Virus record (IMG/VR): IMGVR_UViG_3300033463_006479
Coordinates: 64,001 to 128,000 of that record
Reading direction: 5' to 3' (one strand)
Length of the DNA stretch: 64,000 nucleotides
Source: a virus
Lineage: Duplodnaviria; Caudoviricetes
Every line of letters begins with the position of its first letter. Position 1 is the stretch's first letter. Both the position numbers and the translations under genes were made by a program. The notes under the pieces are model-generated. The model saw only the letters and a list, made by a program, of their open reading frames with translations, was not told the origin of the DNA and ran no database searches. Positions 19,111 through 28,529 of the stretch are shown one piece after another.

Positions 19111-19917
19111 TTATCCGATATTGATTCCGTGAATTTTGGCGAAGTCTTCAATTTCGCAAAGTGTTTTTTTGCCGACATTTCTGTATTTTAAAATGTCGCT
19201 TTTCTTTGATGCGGCAAGTTTCTCCACCGTGTCAATGCCCATACCGATAAGGCAGTTGATTGTTCTGACGGAAAAGTCGCAGTCAATAATTCGCTCGTCA
19301 AGGATTGGGTTTCGTTCAGTGCTCTTTGGCGGAACGATACCGTTTCTCAAATTGTTGTTCTCCCGTTCAAGTTCGGAAAGTCTTTTTTTGAGGTGATAGT
19401 TTTCTTCAACAATCTTGCCGCATTTTGCGTGTCTGATTCTCCTGCAAGCCTTATTCGCAATTTGTACCGTGCGTTCTTCAGAAAGCCCGTGATTGTCTGC
19501 AACATAAGCAACATCACCGCTTTCAACAATGCCGATGAGAACGTCACACTCTTTTTCTGGTAAAACATCCCCAAGTGATTTCAAAAACGAAGCAATCGCA
19601 TCTCTGGTGATTCTGCTGGCAGTACCGCCTCTGTAAAGTCCGAGTGCCGCACGCTTGTCATCAATCTCGTTTTGGAGTTTGCTGGCTGTTGCATTTGACT
19701 TGTCAAGTAATTCGTTCACCTTTCTTTTGGATTCCTCAAGTTCGGCAATGCTGTCGGTAAGTGCGTGCAGCGTGTCGGAATCAACGAAAAGCCTACCATT
19801 AATCATATGTCCTTTCAAGACACCGTTTTTCACCCAGTTAGAAACCGTCTGTTGAGTGCATCTCAAAAATTCAGCGGCATCCTCTCTGGACACCAGTCTT
19901 TTTTCATTCTTTTCCAT
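19111..19917 (-). CDS. Excisionase/MerR-like HTH fused to RNA polymerase alpha-CTD-like domain
   Basis: N-term SREDAAEFLRCTQQTVSNWVKNG; C-term I.DCDFSVRTINCL..MGI.TV..L.......IL.YRNVGKKTL.EI. Confidence 0.75.
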   Translation of the reverse strand: MEKNEKRLVSREDAAEFLRCTQQTVSNWVKNGVLKGHMINGRLFVDSDTLHALTDSIAELEESKRKVNELLDKSNATASKLQNEIDDKRAALGLYRGGTASRITRDAIASFLKSLGDVLPEKECDVLIGIVESGDVAYVADNHGLSEERTVQIANKACRRIRHAKCGKIVEENYHLKKRLSELERENNNLRNGIVPPKSTERNPILDERIIDCDFSVRTINCLIGMGIDTVEKLAASKKSDILKYRNVGKKTLCEIEDFAKIHGINIG

Positions 19918-19965
19918 AATCTCTGTTCTTTTGTTACTCATTAAACTTGTTGTTTGAACACGATG

Positions 19966-20033
19966 CAAAAATACAACTAAATTTCATATAATCTACAAAA
20001 AATTTCAAAAAGTTATCAACAAAGTTATCAACA
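19966..20033 (-). promoter_or_regulatory. Early promoter (TAnnTTTG -7 box + tandem TGTTGATAA boxes), copy 1 of 8
   Basis: caaaaata at 19966; ttatcaaca at 20013 and 20025. Confidence 0.7.
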
Positions 20034-20057
20034 AAAACTATGTCATTATAATGGCGT

Positions 20058-20065
20058 TATAAATA
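20058..20065 (+). promoter_or_regulatory. T4-type late promoter TATAAATA
   Basis: Upstream of portal gene. Confidence 0.65.
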
Positions 20066-20093
20066 TATGGAATCATCTTTTAATCATTAGACT

Positions 20094-21788
20094 ATGGCAG
20101 GTTTTATTACCACAAGGAAAGACCCAAGGACATACGCAACAACTAACAGAGTGTCGAAGATGCTGCGAAAAATCAGCAACCTCGGTATGGACTTTGACGG
20201 AAAAGTGTTCAAAAATTCAAGGGCAATCGGTCTTTATGATGTTGACCCTACAACACCGAACACCCAAATATTCCAATATGAAGATTCTATATATGACATA
20301 TTCCAAGGGTTCTCGTACACAGACCCGTCAATGCACAAGAACGTGTCAATCTATGACCAGCGTTACGATGACAGAAAGCGCAACGAACTGCGCAGGCTCG
20401 CTATGCAGGACGAGATTGAGGACATTCTTGACATTTTGACAGACGAAACAATATGTTATAACAAGAATGGATTGTTCTGCGAATTGCTTTATGACAAAAC
20501 CCTATTGACCGATGAACTGAACACGGAGGTTGTTGATATATTCAACAGCATATATTCCTATTTCGGTTTCTGGGACCAAAATATGGCTTGGGGTTATTTC
20601 CGCAAATTCCTCATTGAAGGCTTCCTCGCATTTGAAATCATATATGACGGAGAGCCGACAAAACCAGAAACACAGAAGAATATCATAAACTTCAAGGAAC
20701 TTGACATCCTTTCGTTAATTCCAGCAGTTTCGCAGCAGACTGGAGAGAAAATCTGGATTCAATATCCGAATGACCCAGCCAAGCAGCGTGTGCTTTACGA
20801 CTCACAAATCATATATATAAGTTATGCGCAGTTTGACAGCGCAAGCCGTGTTTCCTATGTGGAACGTTTGTCAAGGAGTTTCAACCTTCTCCGTATTATG
20901 GAGAGCACGAGGATTATGTGGGCTGTAACAAATTCAAGTTACAAGACATTGTTCACCATACCAGTTGAAAGTTACAGAAACCGTGGTCAGCAGACACTTG
21001 CGCAGATGATGCACAACTACAAGGAGATTATTGATTTCAACGAGGAAAGCGGTGAACTGCACGTGAACGGAAGGCCGATGATGCCGTTCAGCAAGGAATA
21101 CTGGTTTCCAAGTGTAGGAGGAGAAAGCCCGCAGATACAGACCTTGGGCGGTGACGGACCAGACCTCTCCGACACCGAGGCACTCAACTACTTCAAGCAG
21201 AAACTCTGGCAGACCAGCAAGATTCCGTTCACCCGTTTTGACAACACGCAAGGCCGTGGAAGTTATGCGTTGAACACCGAATCTATGATGCGTGAGGAGG
21301 TGAAGTTCAACAACTTTGTAAACCGCCTGCGAAGCATATTCAAGGAAATACTCATAAAACCCGTATATATACAACTCTGTCTTAAACATAAGGAGTTCTC
21401 AACAGATGTTTCATTCAGAAACTCTCTTACGCTTGACTTTGTTTCTGATAACGTGTTTACTGAAATGCGTGAAACCGAGGTGTTGCAGAAGAAATCTGAA
21501 TTTATTTCCGCTATGATGCAGAACCTCGTTACACAAGACAGCGAGGGTAATGATGTTCCGTATTTTGACCTCGACTTCCTTGTTATGCGTTTCAGTGGTA
21601 TGACACAAGAGGACTTGGACACCAACAAAAAGTTCAAGGAAAGAAAGGAACTCCAAAAAGAAGGCTATAAGGATGAGGATATAGAGAAGATACTTGACGG
21701 TGCTGACAAAGCCGACTTCAAAGCGGAAAAGAAAGAGGAAAAGAAAGAGGACGAGGATGAAGAAGGCGGCGGAGGGTTCTCATTGTAA
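20094..21788 (+). CDS. Portal vertex protein (T4 gp20-like)
   Basis: SYVERL.RSFN.LRIME, EYWFP..GGE..QI.TL.G, LNYFKQKL...SKIP..R, REEVKFNNFVNRLR..F motifs. Confidence 0.9.
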   Translation: MAGFITTRKDPRTYATTNRVSKMLRKISNLGMDFDGKVFKNSRAIGLYDVDPTTPNTQIFQYEDSIYDIFQGFSYTDPSMHKNVSIYDQRYDDRKRNELRRLAMQDEIEDILDILTDETICYNKNGLFCELLYDKTLLTDELNTEVVDIFNSIYSYFGFWDQNMAWGYFRKFLIEGFLAFEIIYDGEPTKPETQKNIINFKELDILSLIPAVSQQTGEKIWIQYPNDPAKQRVLYDSQIIYISYAQFDSASRVSYVERLSRSFNLLRIMESTRIMWAVTNSSYKTLFTIPVESYRNRGQQTLAQMMHNYKEIIDFNEESGELHVNGRPMMPFSKEYWFPSVGGESPQIQTLGGDGPDLSDTEALNYFKQKLWQTSKIPFTRFDNTQGRGSYALNTESMMREEVKFNNFVNRLRSIFKEILIKPVYIQLCLKHKEFSTDVSFRNSLTLDFVSDNVFTEMRETEVLQKKSEFISAMMQNLVTQDSEGNDVPYFDLDFLVMRFSGMTQEDLDTNKKFKERKELQKEGYKDEDIEKILDGADKADFKAEKKEEKKEDEDEEGGGGFSL

Positions 21789-21802
21789 AAGATTTGAATA
21801 AT

Positions 21803-22333
21803 ATGAGAATACTTGACACCAGCAGATACATAAACGAGAAACTTGTCATCAAGCCAATATCAAAATCAAGGCTTGGTGAATTTCTAAAATGCACGGAATT
21901 TCCAAAAACAAAGGATGAGCTTCGGGAAATCATAGAGGAACGAATGAAAAAATACGGGAACAACTGCAATCTGAATGACATTGACGTTTCCGAAATAACC
22001 GATATGAGCTGGCTGTTCTCAATCAATTTTGGATTGTCAAGGTTTTCTGGAAACATATCCAGATGGAACACAAGCAATGTGAAGAATATGTCGCATATGT
22101 TCTACTGGGCAAAAGATTTCAATTGCGACATATCAAAATGGGATGTCAGTAATGTATATAATATGGAATCTATGTTTGAACAAGCAGAATCGTTCAATCA
22201 AGATTTGTCCAACTGGAATACACAGAATGTTGGTTTCCGCATATTTGACGGAGGATATAAAAAAATATTCTATGGCTGTCCGTTGAAATCCCAACCAGAA
22301 AAACAACCTATTTTCAAAGATGCGAATACTTGA
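21803..22333 (+). CDS. BspA/DUF285-type LRR protein, tagged
   Basis: YINEKLVIKPISKSRL + DUF285 repeats. Confidence 0.85.
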   Translation: MRILDTSRYINEKLVIKPISKSRLGEFLKCTEFPKTKDELREIIEERMKKYGNNCNLNDIDVSEITDMSWLFSINFGLSRFSGNISRWNTSNVKNMSHMFYWAKDFNCDISKWDVSNVYNMESMFEQAESFNQDLSNWNTQNVGFRIFDGGYKKIFYGCPLKSQPEKQPIFKDANT

Positions 22334-23390
22334 TACTGACGAATACATAAACGAAAAACTTATCATACAACCGTTCACAAAAACGCAGCTTGCGAATAAA
22401 GGTCGTGGTAAGCACAAATGGTTTCCAAAAAGCAACGAGGAACTGAAGGCCATTGTGCGTTCAAGGATAGAAAAAGAAGGTGACGGCTGCAATCTCAACG
22501 ACATTGATGTTTCTTGCATCACTGATTTTTCAAAGGTGTTTTATGGCATAGTGGTAAATGTGGACATTTCCGAATGGAATGTGTCAAACGCATCCAATAT
22601 GACAAGTATGTTTGAATACTCAAACTTTAACGGGGATATCTCAAAATGGGATGTTTCAAAAGTGGTTACTATGTCGCATATGTTCTATGGCTCGGCGTTC
22701 AACCAAAACATATCAAATTGGGATGTGAGCAATGTTGAAGATATGGAATGCTTGTTTGGACACACGGTCTTTAACCAAGACATATCAAAATGGAATGTCG
22801 GAAAAGTTCGGACATTCGTAAAAATGTTCTTCCGTAACCATTGTTTCAATGGCGACATTTCTGGTTGGAATGTCAGCAGTGCCTACAATATGTGTGGAAT
22901 GTTTGAAGAAAGCAGATTCAACGGTGATATTTCCAAATGGGATGTTTCTGGGGTTATGTTTATGTCCTTTATGTTTTGTGGAAGCAAATTTGACGGAGAT
23001 ATATCCAGATGGGATGTTCATAATGTGAACTATATGGATAATATGTTCAAAGACAGCGAGTTCAACGGAGACATATCAGACTGGAACACCAGCAGTGTGT
23101 CGTTTATGGAGTTTATGTTTAAAAATTCCAAATTCGACAGCAATATTTCCAAATGGGATGTATCAAGTGTGCAAACTATGGAATGTATGTTCTATGGCTC
23201 TAATTTCAATGATGACATATCAAATTGGAATACAAAAAATGTTACGAATATGAAAGGTATGTTCGCATATTCAAAATTTGATGGCGACATTTCAAACTGG
23301 GATGTTTCTGGAGTTACCGACCATACGAGTATGTTCACATATTCACCGCTCGCAAGGTTTAAACGGAAACAGCCAAAGTTCAAGATATGA
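22320..23390 (+). CDS. BspA/DUF285-type LRR protein, tagged
   Basis: YINEKLIIQPFTKTQL + ~11 repeats. Confidence 0.85.
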   Translation: MRILDTDEYINEKLIIQPFTKTQLANKGRGKHKWFPKSNEELKAIVRSRIEKEGDGCNLNDIDVSCITDFSKVFYGIVVNVDISEWNVSNASNMTSMFEYSNFNGDISKWDVSKVVTMSHMFYGSAFNQNISNWDVSNVEDMECLFGHTVFNQDISKWNVGKVRTFVKMFFRNHCFNGDISGWNVSSAYNMCGMFEESRFNGDISKWDVSGVMFMSFMFCGSKFDGDISRWDVHNVNYMDNMFKDSEFNGDISDWNTSSVSFMEFMFKNSKFDSNISKWDVSSVQTMECMFYGSNFNDDISNWNTKNVTNMKGMFAYSKFDGDISNWDVSGVTDHTSMFTYSPLARFKRKQPKFKI

Positions 23391-23430
23391 TATTCGGCCA
23401 GTCTTTAACGACTGACCTTTTTGTTGTTCT

Positions 23431-23438
23431 TATAAATA
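23431..23438 (+). promoter_or_regulatory. T4-type late promoter TATAAATA
   Basis: Upstream of tagged gene run 23454-28070. Confidence 0.6.
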
Positions 23439-23453
23439 TAGAAAATGTGTGCT

Positions 23454-24455
23454 ATGCGAATACTTGACTCCAACAGATTCATAAACGAAAAACTTGACAT
23501 TAAGCCAGTTTCAAAAACAAGGCTGGCCGAACTGCGTCCGCACAAACACCACCCGAAAACAAAAGATGAACTTGTCGATTGCATATTAAACCACATTTAC
23601 GATAATGGAATTAAATGTGATTTGAACGACATTGATGTTTCGGAAATAACTGATATGTACGGCTTGTTTTCCGACAACTACGGGTTTGACAAATTCAATG
23701 GAGATATTTCCAAATGGGATGTTTCAAATGTGAGGGATATGGAAGGTATGTTCGCTGGTTCACAATTCAACGGGGATATATCAGAATGGAATGTTTCAAA
23801 CGTGGATAATATGGAATCTATGTTTCAAAGGAACAAGGCTTTTGACGGGGATATTTCCAAATGGAATGTGTCAAGCGTAAAGGAAATGGATTTTATGTTC
23901 AAAAATTCATCATTCAACGGGAACATATCAAACTGGAATGTCGGCAATGTTCTTTCTATGAAAGAAATGTTTATGTATTCACAATTTAATAGCGACATTT
24001 CAAAGTGGAATGTCAGCAATGTGAAAAGTATGGAATCTATGTTCAGTGATTCCATATTTGACAAGGACATATCGGGTTGGGATGTGTCAAGTGTAACCAA
24101 TATGAGTTATATGTTCTGTTCATCAAAATTTGACAAAGATATTTCAAAATGGAATGTGTCAAATGTGAAAACTATGGCATCTATGTTCAGTGATTCCATA
24201 TTTGACAAGGACATATCGGGTTGGGATGTGTCAAGTGTAACCAATATGAGTTATATGTTCTGTTCATCAAAATTTGACAAAGATATTTCAAAATGGAATG
24301 TGTCAAGCGTAACCACTATGGAAAGTATGTTTGAAGATTCAGTGTTCAACGGAGATTTGTCTGGATGGAACGTTGTCAATGTAACAAATGACAAACATAT
24401 GTTCCGTAGATGCCCCATTGAGAATGACACCAAGAAACAACCATTGTTTTTTTAA
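23454..24455 (+). CDS. BspA/DUF285-type LRR protein, tagged, with recent internal 144-nt-period duplication
   Basis: FINEKLDIKPVSKTRL; 24035-24162 identical to 24179-24306. Confidence 0.85.
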   Translation: MRILDSNRFINEKLDIKPVSKTRLAELRPHKHHPKTKDELVDCILNHIYDNGIKCDLNDIDVSEITDMYGLFSDNYGFDKFNGDISKWDVSNVRDMEGMFAGSQFNGDISEWNVSNVDNMESMFQRNKAFDGDISKWNVSSVKEMDFMFKNSSFNGNISNWNVGNVLSMKEMFMYSQFNSDISKWNVSNVKSMESMFSDSIFDKDISGWDVSSVTNMSYMFCSSKFDKDISKWNVSNVKTMASMFSDSIFDKDISGWDVSSVTNMSYMFCSSKFDKDISKWNVSSVTTMESMFEDSVFNGDLSGWNVVNVTNDKHMFRRCPIENDTKKQPLFF

Positions 24456-24457
24456 GT

Positions 24458-25486
24458 ATGCGTATTTACAGAACTGACATATTCAATGAGAAACTTTCCA
24501 TACAGCCAGTAACAAAAACAAGGCTTAATGATATGGGTGTTGCTTTTAGCAAAGACCCAAAAAAACTTTTGCAAGCTGGCGACAGTGTTGTGATTAAAGA
24601 CAGCGCATATCCAAAAGGGATAAATGGTATGTTTATGCTATATGTGCCAGATGAGGATATGCGCAAATACGAATATGCCAAAAAATTTAATTTGTCTGGG
24701 TATTACAAATATAGTGATGCCGAGCGTAATGAGGGTGCATTTATCGGCCATAGTCCAAGCGGTTTCATTTTTGCACTGTTGAACAACTTTGATTGTTTAT
24801 TGAATTGTTGGACACGCCCAAACGGTGAACTGAAAGTCATTGAAATACGTAGATATGACAATATACAGAAGCAGCCATTTGACGAATATATTGTGAAGCG
24901 TGGCGGTACTGTCTTTGATGGAACATACGAAACGATATGGAAATGCGATGACAAATTAAATGAGAAACTTTCCATACAGCCAGTAACAAAAACAAGGCTT
25001 AATGATATGCATCCGTACAATTATAGGCCGACAACAAAAGCCGAACTTATAAGAATAATGGACAAACGCATATTGGATGAAGGCTTGCATTGCAACCTCA
25101 ACGACATAAATGTTTCAGCAATAAAAGATATGTCTGGGCTGTTTATGACTGATTTCAACAGATTTGACGGCGACATATCTGAATGGAATGTTTCCAATGT
25201 CGTTGATATGAGCCGTATGTTTTATGATTCGGATTTCAATGGCGACATATCAAAGTGGAATGTCGGTAAAGTTGAGAATATGTATCAGATGTTCGCATAT
25301 TCAAAGTTTAATGGAAAAATATCAAACTGGGATTTGTCAAGTGTGAATGATATGTTCCAGATGTTCGCAAATTCATATTATTCAAGGGATTTGTCCTGCT
25401 GGGATATTTCACACGTTAGGGATACTGGAAATATGTTCAGCGGTTGTCCGCTTGAATCAAAAAAAGAAAAGCAACCTCAATATTAA
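24458..25486 (+). CDS. Two-module tagged protein: tag-domain X-tag-BspA/DUF285 LRR
   Basis: NEKLSIQPVTKTRL present twice (N-terminus and domain junction). Confidence 0.8.
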   Translation: MRIYRTDIFNEKLSIQPVTKTRLNDMGVAFSKDPKKLLQAGDSVVIKDSAYPKGINGMFMLYVPDEDMRKYEYAKKFNLSGYYKYSDAERNEGAFIGHSPSGFIFALLNNFDCLLNCWTRPNGELKVIEIRRYDNIQKQPFDEYIVKRGGTVFDGTYETIWKCDDKLNEKLSIQPVTKTRLNDMHPYNYRPTTKAELIRIMDKRILDEGLHCNLNDINVSAIKDMSGLFMTDFNRFDGDISEWNVSNVVDMSRMFYDSDFNGDISKWNVGKVENMYQMFAYSKFNGKISNWDLSSVNDMFQMFANSYYSRDLSCWDISHVRDTGNMFSGCPLESKKEKQPQY

Positions 25487-25490
25487 GATT

Positions 25491-26516
25491 ATGGAAATAA
25501 TGGATACCAAAAAATACAATGAGAAATTGGATATAAAGCCAATGTCAAGGACACAGCTTATGTCAAGAAGCTGGGATATTTTCGGGCAACTGAAAGACGG
25601 CGATGTTGTAATCGTGCATTGCGATACAATGAACGGTATAGAAGATGTGAGGTTTGTGTTTGTTTCCGAAGAAAGTATGAGGAAGTACGCATATGCGAAA
25701 ACCTACAATTTCACTTTATACACATCCAATTTATATAGCGATAGGCAGCACGGCACGCTTATAGCATATTACTCAAACAAGTTTTCATATACATTGTTCA
25801 GCAAGTTTAGAAGAAATGGGGAATATAAAGCGGATAGAAGTGGTTACAGATATATAATAAAGGAGATAAGAAGATACGACAAACCTCCGTATCAGCCGTT
25901 CTCTGATTTGTATTTCCAACAGATAGGCAATTATGGAAACTATACCATATTGTATAGCAATTCGATAACGACAAAAATCAGCGAGAAACTGAACATAAGA
26001 CCTATTTCAAAAAGTCAGCTCGGATTGTATAAGACGAAAACTGTTACAATAAACGGACAGATTTGGACAGCCGAAAACGCATCAACCACAAGAGCGAATG
26101 ACGGCACTCGTCTTGTTGAGGGTGTTGATTATTTCGTGCATAACGGTGAATACTTCTATACGGAAATGAGTGCACAAAAAATTATTCCTTATGGTTGGCG
26201 ATTGCCATATACAAATGATTGGTATCATTTGTTTTCATCTGTAAATGGTAATGTTTTATCACTTGTATCAAAAGAATATGGCGGAACTGATGACTATGGG
26301 TTTGGTATAAAATTTCTTGGGATATATGGAAAGAGCAGGATGATAGGAGAAAACCAATATGCAAATTTCATTATCGGTGATAAAAAAGAAACGGATGGCA
26401 GCACAAATACTATGAAGTTGCTTAACGGAGACCAATATAATGAAAACGGAACTATGTGGGAGGAAACGCTGCCTGGTGTGTATGGTGTATCGTTGAGATT
26501 TATAAAAAACACATAA
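25491..26516 (+). CDS. Two-module tagged protein: tag-domain X-tag-FISUMP (Fibrobacter major paralogous domain)-like
   Basis: YNEKLDIKPMSRTQL, internal ISEKLNIRPISKSQL, then TVTINGQIWTAEN..P.GWRLP...DW..L..GTDDYGF..SLRFIK. Confidence 0.75.
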   Translation: MEIMDTKKYNEKLDIKPMSRTQLMSRSWDIFGQLKDGDVVIVHCDTMNGIEDVRFVFVSEESMRKYAYAKTYNFTLYTSNLYSDRQHGTLIAYYSNKFSYTLFSKFRRNGEYKADRSGYRYIIKEIRRYDKPPYQPFSDLYFQQIGNYGNYTILYSNSITTKISEKLNIRPISKSQLGLYKTKTVTINGQIWTAENASTTRANDGTRLVEGVDYFVHNGEYFYTEMSAQKIIPYGWRLPYTNDWYHLFSSVNGNVLSLVSKEYGGTDDYGFGIKFLGIYGKSRMIGENQYANFIIGDKKETDGSTNTMKLLNGDQYNENGTMWEETLPGVYGVSLRFIKNT

Positions 26517-26520
26517 AACA

Positions 26521-26988
26521 ATGGAACGCATACACGAGAAACTTGGTATAAAACCGATAACAAGGGAACGGCTGAAGAACATCAAACTGGACGGATTAAA
26601 AGGTCTGCTCAAAACTGGTGATGTTGTTACAATAATAATGACATATACGAGCGGAAGAACAGAGGAAAGACGATATGTTTTTATTTCGGAAACCGATATG
26701 CCGAAATACGAAAGACTGTTCGGATTTGAAACTTGGGGAAGAAACAAGGCATATTCCATTGACGGATTTTTCGTTCATTATGATATTGTGCGGTACAAAT
26801 ATCTGGCTGTTTCAAATTTTGACAAAAACCTTGTATATAACGACAACTATGGTACGATACGAGAAGTTGTGCAGATAAAGAGAATGTCAAATCCGCAGCC
26901 GTTGGACGAAAGATATTTTTTGAGAATCAAAAGCGTCATTTTTGATGAACTGGATGAATTTGACATCATCGTTTTTGAAAAGAAATAG
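26521..26988 (+). CDS. Tagged protein with domain X only
   Basis: IHEKLGIKPITRERL; LKTGDVVTI..YVFISE.DM.KY..QP.DE.Y shared with 24458 and 25491. Confidence 0.75.
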   Translation: MERIHEKLGIKPITRERLKNIKLDGLKGLLKTGDVVTIIMTYTSGRTEERRYVFISETDMPKYERLFGFETWGRNKAYSIDGFFVHYDIVRYKYLAVSNFDKNLVYNDNYGTIREVVQIKRMSNPQPLDERYFLRIKSVIFDELDEFDIIVFEKK

Positions 26989-26992
26989 TATT

Positions 26993-27556
26993 ATGAAAAT
27001 ATTTGACATCGAACAATTAAATGAGAAACTTGACATAAAGCCCGTTACGAAAAGCGGACTTAATGACATATTGTTTTCAAGTCGTGTCAAGATTGGTAAA
27101 AATATATGGACTTCAAAGAACTACAACATTACTGTTTGCGCAGACGGAAGCCAGCTTGAAGAAGGTCAAGATTATGTAAAGAACGGCGATGATGTATATT
27201 ACGCATACAAAGCGGCTGAACGGGTAGTTCCGAATGGATGGCATCTTCCGACATATAAAGATGTAGAAGCGTTGTTTATTTCGGCGGCTGGAAGCAGGGA
27301 TTGGCTATTGTCAAAAAGTTTGGGCGGAAAAGACATTTTCGGTTTCAACGCACTTTATACTGGATATGTTGGAACAACTGGTGCTGTAAACGGCAAGGTT
27401 TGCGGTTTTGGCGATAGGTCTTTCTTTTGGTGTGATGACTTTGTTGATTCTGAAGGATATGGATATGTCGCATTAAAATCAAATTACAACAAACTTATAT
27501 ACGACCGTACAAAATCATATATAAAACTACCGATAAGACTTGTGAAAAACATATAA
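26993..27556 (+). CDS. Tagged FISUMP-like domain protein
   Basis: LNEKLDIKPVTKSGL; VKIGKNIWTSKN..VPNGWHLPT..GFNAL..G..FFW..PIRLVK. Confidence 0.75.
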   Translation: MKIFDIEQLNEKLDIKPVTKSGLNDILFSSRVKIGKNIWTSKNYNITVCADGSQLEEGQDYVKNGDDVYYAYKAAERVVPNGWHLPTYKDVEALFISAAGSRDWLLSKSLGGKDIFGFNALYTGYVGTTGAVNGKVCGFGDRSFFWCDDFVDSEGYGYVALKSNYNKLIYDRTKSYIKLPIRLVKNI

Positions 27557-27566
27557 CGCCATTATA

Positions 27567-28070
27567 ATGAGAATATTGAAATGCGGAGATTTCATAAACG
27601 AAAAACTTGACATAAAGCCAGTTTCAAAAGAAAGGCTGTCCGATATGGGTGCGGAGTTTAACAACGAAATTACGCAACTGTTAAACAAATGGAGCACTAT
27701 GGAACTTGCTGAACACATAGACATACAAAACAATTTGCTTAAACACGGAATACGAGATACAAGAGGTCGTTTTATTGAAACTTTTACTCATATACGATTT
27801 AAGGTTGAAGACAAGTTTGACAGCTTTTGGCGAGATTACCGATATGGCAGCTATAAAAACGATAAAGCACATTTCTACAAAAAACACAAGAAATATGCTA
27901 ACAACAAACAATTAAGGCCACAGACTATAATTATGTCGCTGCTTGTTATGCTTGAAAAGAATCTGAAAGACAAATTCTATTATCCAATAATTGAACTATA
28001 TCTTGAACGTTTCAAGGAGCAATACATTATTGGAAACGATGAAATTGAGCATATATTTTTCAAGCAATAA
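27567..28070 (+). CDS. Tagged hypothetical helical protein
   Basis: DFINEKLDIKPVSKERL + unknown domain. Confidence 0.75.
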   Translation: MRILKCGDFINEKLDIKPVSKERLSDMGAEFNNEITQLLNKWSTMELAEHIDIQNNLLKHGIRDTRGRFIETFTHIRFKVEDKFDSFWRDYRYGSYKNDKAHFYKKHKKYANNKQLRPQTIIMSLLVMLEKNLKDKFYYPIIELYLERFKEQYIIGNDEIEHIFFKQ

Positions 28071-28527
28071 TTTTGCTGAATAAAATGTCGCATAATGCTT
28101 TTTCTCCAATAGGAAACTTTATGCAGAAATCACGAACATACAATTTCACGATTTCAATGTAGTCTTTTTTCATATCAAATTCGTGATTGCAATATATGTC
28201 AAAAATAGCATATAGACGAAGCAACTCTGAATTTCTTGATAGGTTTCCAATACTTTTGAGTATTATTGAACTGTGAAGTATATGATTATCTTTGATACAA
28301 GCGATTTCAGCCCATTTCAGATATGTTTTGACACTTTGCTTGACTTGTGCCTCAACATCAATATAATCAAATTCGATACGCATTTTTAAACGCAGGTTTT
28401 CGATATATATTGGCAGCAAAACCAGTTTCTTGTGTATGGAAAGTGCATACTCAACATCACCCATACCTTTCATTGATTTGAGCCGTTTGGCTGTTATAGG
28501 TGTTATGTCAAGTTTCTTGTGTTCCAT
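28060..28527 (-). CDS. Hypothetical protein with tag variant (KKLDITPITAKRL); C-terminus resembles 27567 protein
   Basis: Y.EIV.LY...F...F.IG.....ILF similar to YYPIIELYLERFKEQYIIG..IFF. Confidence 0.65.
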   Translation of the reverse strand: MEHKKLDITPITAKRLKSMKGMGDVEYALSIHKKLVLLPIYIENLRLKMRIEFDYIDVEAQVKQSVKTYLKWAEIACIKDNHILHSSIILKSIGNLSRNSELLRLYAIFDIYCNHEFDMKKDYIEIVKLYVRDFCIKFPIGEKALCDILFSKIIA

Positions 28528-28529
28528 AA

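Noticed and set aside
19966-20033. Replication origin from DnaA-like boxes
   Set aside because: Boxes occur as dispersed pairs at fixed distance from promoter -7 elements, not as one cluster
2550-25486. Diversity-generating retroelement acting on the LRR genes
   Set aside because: No reverse transcriptase in the window, and the repeat pairs I compared are identical or not adenine-specific in their differences
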